From: an uncultured Oligoflexus sp.
GTDB lineage: Bacteria; Bdellovibrionota_B; Oligoflexia; Oligoflexales; Oligoflexaceae
Direction of reading: 5' to 3'
Length of the DNA: 14,201 nucleotides
Assembly: GCA_964236955.1 (NCBI GenBank)
Contig: CAXSGP010000111.1
Span: 1-14,201 of the forward strand
Part shown: piece after piece, positions 9,242 through 14,201 of the stretch
How positions within the stretch are numbered: the first letter of the stretch is position 1
Layout of the letters: the number at the start of each line of letters is the position of its first letter
Position numbers and translations under genes: made by a program
The notes under the pieces: generated by a model
Databases searched by the model: none
What the model saw: only the letters and a program-made list of their open reading frames with translations
What the model was told of the DNA's origin: nothing

Positions 9242-10579
9242 TTATTTCAAAGGCTCCAGCATACCATTGGTATCATCATAGGCCTGATTCAAATCCAGAT
9301 TATCCAGCACGAGTACACTATGAATGGAGGAAATGCGTTTTGCGTCCTGGTTCCACCACCATACGAGTTTACCTTCGGCATTGTATTCAATGACCTGCCT
9401 TCCATCTTTGCCGTGATTGCTTTCGTGGCCTTGCCAGTTCGTCATCAGGTAGTTGCCGTTGGGGAGGATGGAAAACTGCCCTGAATAGTTGGGATTAACA
9501 GCGGCGGCCTCACCGGCGCCCGGTCCACCAATGGTCTTTTTCAATGTCGATTTATTATCAAATATCATGAGGGTCTTACCGTGGCCGCTGGCAACGATCG
9601 TGTCGCCGTTCGGCAATCTGAGCGCCATGTGAGCAGGCCAATCATTGTTTTGGAGGCGCATCAGCTCTTTGCCGTCAGGAGTGATTTCCACCATCGCGTC
9701 TTTTCCGTCACTACCCGCTTGGGTCGTACCGACGAGAAAAGTCCCCGCCCGCGTGCGGCGAATCATCCGGCCGCCCTTGAGATCCTTAAAGACGTATTTA
9801 TTCTTAATCTTTCTGTCTCCATCCACCTCAAGGACCACAGTGCCCTGGCTGCCATCCAGCCCTTCGCCCATCACCAGAGTATTGCCGTTCTTTAACCGCT
9901 GCACGGAACCTACAGCACCAAAACCCAGAACCGATTTCAAAATTTTACCGCTGGCGATGTCAACTTCATGATAACCACCCGGGCCCTCAAGGGTACCGAC
10001 CAGAACCTTTCCGCTGCCTATAATCTGCAGATCGCGGGCCCCTCCTGGGATGTTTAGGTCCCAATCCTTCGACGGGTCATCGAGATTGACGAAGAGTATT
10101 TTTCGCAAGGGTTCATCGGCCATGATGAAGGCATGGGGATGACATTTTTCAGACTGGTCCACACAGGCTCTTGAGACCGGGACTTGAGGTTGATCGGCGC
10201 CTGGATCTTTGGGTGGAGAACTGGGTGCAGCACCGGGAACGGGAGCAGGTGTCGGTGAAGGTTTCGGACTGTTAACGGGTGCCGGTTCCCCTGGCACCGG
10301 GTCGCTGGGTGCCCCACCCTTCTCCGGTACCGTTCCGCCCGATTCCGAGCCTTCCTCGGTGGCCTCAGGCGTTTCATTGGCGCTATCGCCGGGAATTTTA
10401 GATCCGACTGTTTTCTTCGAAGGAATTTTTCCAACGCCCTCACTATGATTTAAATTCACAATAGCGGGCGGCTTGCTGCAGGCAAGCTGAAGGGTCAGAA
10501 AGCCTAACAGGACCATGGTAATGGGAACCACGGCAGGGGATTTAACGATGCATCGCTGCCAAGCGCTATTATTGAACAT
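9242..10579 (-). CDS. Putative lipoprotein with Pro/Glu-rich tether and beta-propeller domain (PQQ/arylsulfotransferase-like repeats)
   Basis: Hydrophobic stretch plus QLAC (Cys34) and a linker of about 100 aa rich in Pro. Blade-like repeats RLKNGNTLV, RTRAGTFLV, RLPNGDTIV and ILPNGNYLM are each followed by V.E....G.... Confidence 0.8.
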   Translation of the reverse strand: MFNNSAWQRCIVKSPAVVPITMVLLGFLTLQLACSKPPAIVNLNHSEGVGKIPSKKTVGSKIPGDSANETPEATEEGSESGGTVPEKGGAPSDPVPGEPAPVNSPKPSPTPAPVPGAAPSSPPKDPGADQPQVPVSRACVDQSEKCHPHAFIMADEPLRKILFVNLDDPSKDWDLNIPGGARDLQIIGSGKVLVGTLEGPGGYHEVDIASGKILKSVLGFGAVGSVQRLKNGNTLVMGEGLDGSQGTVVLEVDGDRKIKNKYVFKDLKGGRMIRRTRAGTFLVGTTQAGSDGKDAMVEITPDGKELMRLQNNDWPAHMALRLPNGDTIVASGHGKTLMIFDNKSTLKKTIGGPGAGEAAAVNPNYSGQFSILPNGNYLMTNWQGHESNHGKDGRQVIEYNAEGKLVWWWNQDAKRISSIHSVLVLDNLDLNQAYDDTNGMLEPLK

Positions 10580-10615
10580 TAATTTTCCAATCTTTCACTA
10601 TCGTCACGCAGTCCT

Positions 10616-10644
10616 GGATCGGAATTTACAAGGAAATCCTTGAG
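10616..10644 (-). promoter_or_regulatory. Putative sigma28-type promoter for the beta-propeller lipoprotein gene
   Basis: Minus strand reads C-TCAA-N16-TCCGATCC, 36 nt upstream of ATG 10579. Confidence 0.35.
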
Positions 10645-10722
10645 TAAAATTAACAGAGAGGTCTTTTACCTTTCAATCCGATAGTTTACATGCCTGGTGC
10701 CTTGCGGGTTTTATGGCTTGTC

Positions 10723-10758
10723 TGAAGATAGGTGTGGGGGTAAGTGTGAAGATAGGTG
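10723..10758. repeat. 12-bp perfect direct repeat in a divergent intergenic region
   Basis: TGAAGATAGGTG occurs at 10723-10734 and 10747-10758. Confidence 0.8.
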
Positions 10759-10857
10759 GGATTCTAAAACGCTTACATTTCTAGCCCTTCCATCCCTTGA
10801 TTTATCGATAGTTTTGTAGCATCTTCCTCCTCTAGGCATCAAAGTAAGAGGTAAGCC

Positions 10858-11448
10858 GTGTCGCCAGAATTCTCGCTAGAATTTCATCCCGTCTTGATAT
10901 TGCCCGAGGTCTACGAAATTCTCGATTTTACCAAGGCAAGCGACAGTCCGTGGCAGGCTGGGTCTGATTTTACGGTGGGCCGCTACAATGAAAAACGGGT
11001 CGGCCTCTATACGCACGAGCTTTTTCGTGGCCAGAGGGACAACCATATAGGCATCGACATCGGTGGCCCTGTTGGAACACCTGTTCATGCCTTCTATGAA
11101 GGTGAGATCTACCTCATCGGCGACAATGACAGGCCCGGCGATTATGGTGCAACGTTGATCACTCGGCACTTATTAAACGCTGTGGAAATCTACGCCCTCT
11201 ATGGGCATCTCAGTCGAAAATCTCTCGATAAGAAAGTGGGTCAGCCAATCGGAAGCGGAGAGATCATAGGCTGGTTGGGTGAAGCTTCGGAAAACGGCGG
11301 ATGGCCACCGCATGTTCACTTTCAACTGAGCCTCGTGGCCCCTGAAAGAGCGGATATGCCAGGTGCTGTAAGCGATGAAGACCTGGAGGCGGCCCTGAAA
11401 CTATATCCAGATCCCCGCCTGGTACTGGGACCGCTCTATGGGTCTTAA
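10858..11448 (+). CDS. Peptidase M23 family (peptidoglycan DD-metalloendopeptidase-like) protein
   Basis: Zn motifs HIGID (HxxxD) and HVH (HxH), plus GTPVHA, LYGHL and IG.LG...[18 protein letters not shown] precedes the GTG start. Confidence 0.9.
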   Translation: MSPEFSLEFHPVLILPEVYEILDFTKASDSPWQAGSDFTVGRYNEKRVGLYTHELFRGQRDNHIGIDIGGPVGTPVHAFYEGEIYLIGDNDRPGDYGATLITRHLLNAVEIYALYGHLSRKSLDKKVGQPIGSGEIIGWLGEASENGGWPPHVHFQLSLVAPERADMPGAVSDEDLEAALKLYPDPRLVLGPLYGS

Positions 11449-11781
11449 GCTCTCTAGAGCCAGTGAATTCGCTTCATAGATCCCGCTTGAAACGAATGAA
11501 CGACACATCCCTCTTCCGGGGAAAAATATGGTTATGGTGAGTTGTTTAAGCTTTTTTAAGGAATCCAGACTTTTCAGCTCCAGATCAGACGGAACCATTT
11601 GCTTCCATGGCCAGTCTAGCCACTTCTCGATTACAAAAGCCAGGGTTTCCCGCCGCACGGGTTTGGAAAGATAATCGTTTATTCCGGCATTGAGACAACG
11701 TTCAAGATCACCCTTCATCGCGCAGGCCGTCATCGCCACTATCAGCAGCTGCGGATTGATAATGCGTGGGCTCGACCGAAT
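11401..11781 (-). pseudogene. 5'-truncated response-regulator receiver (REC) domain of hybrid-kinase type
   Basis: [55 protein letters not shown] matches the C-terminal half of REC. An in-frame TGA at 11806-11808 excludes the acidic pocket and phospho-Asp. Confidence 0.75.
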
Positions 11782-11813
11782 AGGAGCGTCAGGTCCAGCA
11801 TCCGCTCACCGCC

Positions 11814-12320
11814 CTAGGAATCAGCCTTTGCCCTATAAAAACTATCCCAGCCAAACATTTGCAAGGTGCCGTTTAGCTCAGTAAGGCTTGGCTCGACCCC
11901 GGGATAGAGGACAGTAAACGCCTTGAGGCAGGCTAAAGTCAATTCTTCAGGACTGGTAAACTGCGCGGGAAAAATATTCGTCAGAAAAAAGAGTGACGGT
12001 AGACCCGCACTAAAAAATGCATAATCGATAGAGGCTTTCACTTCGTCCAGACTGAGCTCTAAAGGATATTGTGTGATCCAGCTTAGCCGCTCCTTATAGG
12101 CGATCTCGTAGCCATCGTTGACGTGAGCCTCCGTAGTTTCGTCCCGTAAAAGTTCCAAATCTGATACTTCGACTAGATTATTCGGATAAACCCGAATGGC
12201 TTTATCACCCACCAAACAGGAATAGCCCCTATCCACAGATCTTATTGTTAAGCTTTTTTTGGCAAAACGCAGGGTATGCTCACCCTTCTCATTTTCAACC
12301 CGCTTGGATTCCACTGTCAT
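11814..12320 (-). CDS. Hypothetical protein, 168 aa
   Basis: Clean ORF with a strong RBS (GAGGGGAG) before the ATG. Co-directional with, and 66 nt downstream of, the PLD gene. No recognised motif. Confidence 0.7.
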   Translation of the reverse strand: MTVESKRVENEKGEHTLRFAKKSLTIRSVDRGYSCLVGDKAIRVYPNNLVEVSDLELLRDETTEAHVNDGYEIAYKERLSWITQYPLELSLDEVKASIDYAFFSAGLPSLFFLTNIFPAQFTSPEELTLACLKAFTVLYPGVEPSLTELNGTLQMFGWDSFYRAKADS

Positions 12321-12386
12321 GGTCCGGCTCCCCTCTTCCGATCTTTGACCTTAAACGAAGCCTATCCCCTGGAGGTGAACTCCGTA

Positions 12387-13949
12387 TCACAACTTATCCT
12401 CGATGGGAAGGTGACTCATAAATTTTGCAGCCGACCTTTTCCAGAAGCTCGACTCTGGTTCATTATCGACGGAAATTTGTATGCCGTCTTTTAGGCCATT
12501 CCAGACGACTTCTTTGTCACTGTCCTGGCAGGGAGAGTCTGGGCAGCTACGAACGACTCGCCAACTCGATTCCCCTCCCATCCCTTTGCTGACAAAGCTC
12601 GCGATTATTTTAGCCAGCTCCTTGCTGTGAATCATCATACCGCTTTCGGTATTGAGTTTGATGGAACGGGCATCGAGATTCATGCTGCCGATGAAAACAT
12701 ATTCATTATCGATGACAAAGGTCTTGCTATGAAGACCGGCACGACTTGCGTACATGCCGCCGCCGCCTGTTTTCACTCGCACCTTACTCATGCGCCATTC
12801 GTAGAGGTCGGCACCGGTATCCAGGATAGCGTCCCGCTTTTTCATATACCCTGCATGGGCCAGCATCACATCGTTGGATTGCAGGGAGTTGGTGAGAACC
12901 TTTATCCTGACTCCCTCGGAGCCGAGATCCCGGAAAATATGGAGCAGCTTTTCCGTCGGAATAAAATAAGCTGATTCAATCAGTAACTCCTCCTTGGGCA
13001 TCGGCCATTTCATTATCTTATCTTCTAAACCCTTGCCTTGTTCAGGCTCCAGCTGCGGAGCATCAGCCATCGCCTGAGCAGGTGCCCAGATCAATGATTT
13101 GCCAAATTCAGTGATTCTGCCCAGGGTCAGCGCCGTCGAGGGAATATCAGAAAAAATAGCCTCGGATTTTGAGGCCTTCGTAATGTGAAGGGCTGCCCTT
13201 ATCTTTTGCCATTCCTCGCCAGTGGCCTCCCTCACGGTTTCGCCTTTCGCATGGAGACCGAATACCAGGGGACTATTCCAATAGTCGTCAAAAATTTCGC
13301 CAAGTTGAACGGCAACCGGTCCTGCCGTTAGAACATCCAGATCACGAAAACTTTTGTCCTTCTTAAGATCAAAATATTCGTCGCCAATATTTCGACCGCC
13401 GATGACCGCATAGCTACTGTCGGCGATCAGGACCTTATTGTGCATCCGGCGATTCATCTGATTAAAGTCGAAAACGAGTTGAAGATTGCGGGTGACCCTG
13501 GAGAGGCCTACGCCATCTGATGAGGACGGATTGAAGAGGCGAATCTCGATCTGCGGATGCCGGTCGAGAGCGGCAAGAAACTCGCGATCCTCACCAAGGT
13601 TGATATCGTCGAGAAGGAGCCGCACTCTCACGCCACGCTCCGCGGCATCAAGAAGACTCGATAGCAAGGCGAGACCGGTTTTATCACGGTGCCAGATGTA
13701 ATACTGCAGATCGAGACTGGTCACAGCGGTTTTTGTTAAAGCCGCGCGAGCATCATAGGCATCAGAGCCCGCAATCAGCGGCAGAAAGCCAGATCGTCCT
13801 TGATGAGGGACTATGGATTGCGCAAGGGGCGACTGCGCGGATGGCGGCAAGACCTGCGAATGAGGGAGATCATTGGCCAGCGAATAGCTGACACAGGCAA
13901 GGGGAAGAGCCAGGGGAAGTAAAAGCAAAAAGAAATAGAGCTTGTTCAT
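12387..13949 (-). CDS. clsC: Phospholipase D family protein, cardiolipin synthase ClsC/YmdC-like, with signal peptide
   Basis: Two HKD motifs (RMHNKVLIAD, LHSKTFVID), plus SLDLQYYIW, GVRVRLLLDD, GGRNIGDEYF, VLTNSL and GSMNLDARS..LNTE. Confidence 0.88.
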   Translation of the reverse strand: MNKLYFFLLLLPLALPLACVSYSLANDLPHSQVLPPSAQSPLAQSIVPHQGRSGFLPLIAGSDAYDARAALTKTAVTSLDLQYYIWHRDKTGLALLSSLLDAAERGVRVRLLLDDINLGEDREFLAALDRHPQIEIRLFNPSSSDGVGLSRVTRNLQLVFDFNQMNRRMHNKVLIADSSYAVIGGRNIGDEYFDLKKDKSFRDLDVLTAGPVAVQLGEIFDDYWNSPLVFGLHAKGETVREATGEEWQKIRAALHITKASKSEAIFSDIPSTALTLGRITEFGKSLIWAPAQAMADAPQLEPEQGKGLEDKIMKWPMPKEELLIESAYFIPTEKLLHIFRDLGSEGVRIKVLTNSLQSNDVMLAHAGYMKKRDAILDTGADLYEWRMSKVRVKTGGGGMYASRAGLHSKTFVIDNEYVFIGSMNLDARSIKLNTESGMMIHSKELAKIIASFVSKGMGGESSWRVVRSCPDSPCQDSDKEVVWNGLKDGIQISVDNEPESSFWKRSAAKFMSHLPIEDKL

Positions 13950-14145
13950 TCGATCTCGATATTGGTTGAGGAGCCGCTTTTACAGATAATTTGCCGTAAT
14001 TCTACATACATGATATTATGGTTCAGCCTTTTCCTGCCCATAGTAATCAAGATGGTTGATTATGACTACAAAGCTTTCCTGGCCTTGAGTCTAACCCTCA
14101 CTAATCTATTCAATTTATTATAATCTACAGCTTTCAAAAAAATGA

Positions 14146-14201
14146 CTAGGGGCTGTTGACGTTTGAGATAAGTGATTGAAAAATACAGGCAAACTCGTAT
14201 T
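14146..14201. mobile_element. Possible terminal inverted repeat of an insertion sequence (IS5-like or IS1016-like), cut by the window edge
   Basis: CTAG/TA is followed by GGGGCTGTTGACGTTT in AT-rich intergenic DNA. It resembles IS ends I recall, but no transposase or partner IR lies in the window. Confidence 0.35.

Noticed and set aside
10723..10758. Direct repeat considered as a mini-CRISPR
   Set aside because: Only two 12-bp units with a 12-nt spacer, and no cas genes.

Overview
Bacterial chromosomal window of mixed housekeeping and accessory genes. Gene content loosely suggests Oligoflexia/Bdellovibrionota or a myxobacteria-like lineage, but this cannot be proven from the window. On the minus strand: a YghA-like SDR oxidoreductase with a twin-arginine signal, an aldo/keto reductase and a DEAD-box RNA helicase. 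These are followed by a translationally coupled DUF1592-family lipoprotein (CxxCH) / Tat-exported DUF1552 gene pair that converges on a beta-propeller lipoprotein gene across a shared hairpin. The right side holds a signal-less M23 peptidase, a truncated receiver-domain remnant, a 168-aa hypothetical protein, a ClsC-like phospholipase D and a possible IS end at the edge. The best candidate for an undescribed system is the DUF1592/DUF1552/beta-propeller envelope module. Its two lipoproteins share a post-lipobox motif (LAC-x-K-x-P-x-x-V-x-[FL]-N), and both transcription units have sigma28-like promoters with the same 16-nt spacer. A third such promoter points antisense across a small ORF whose RBS is buried in a long hairpin at the left edge. 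All domain names come from motif recognition, not database searches.
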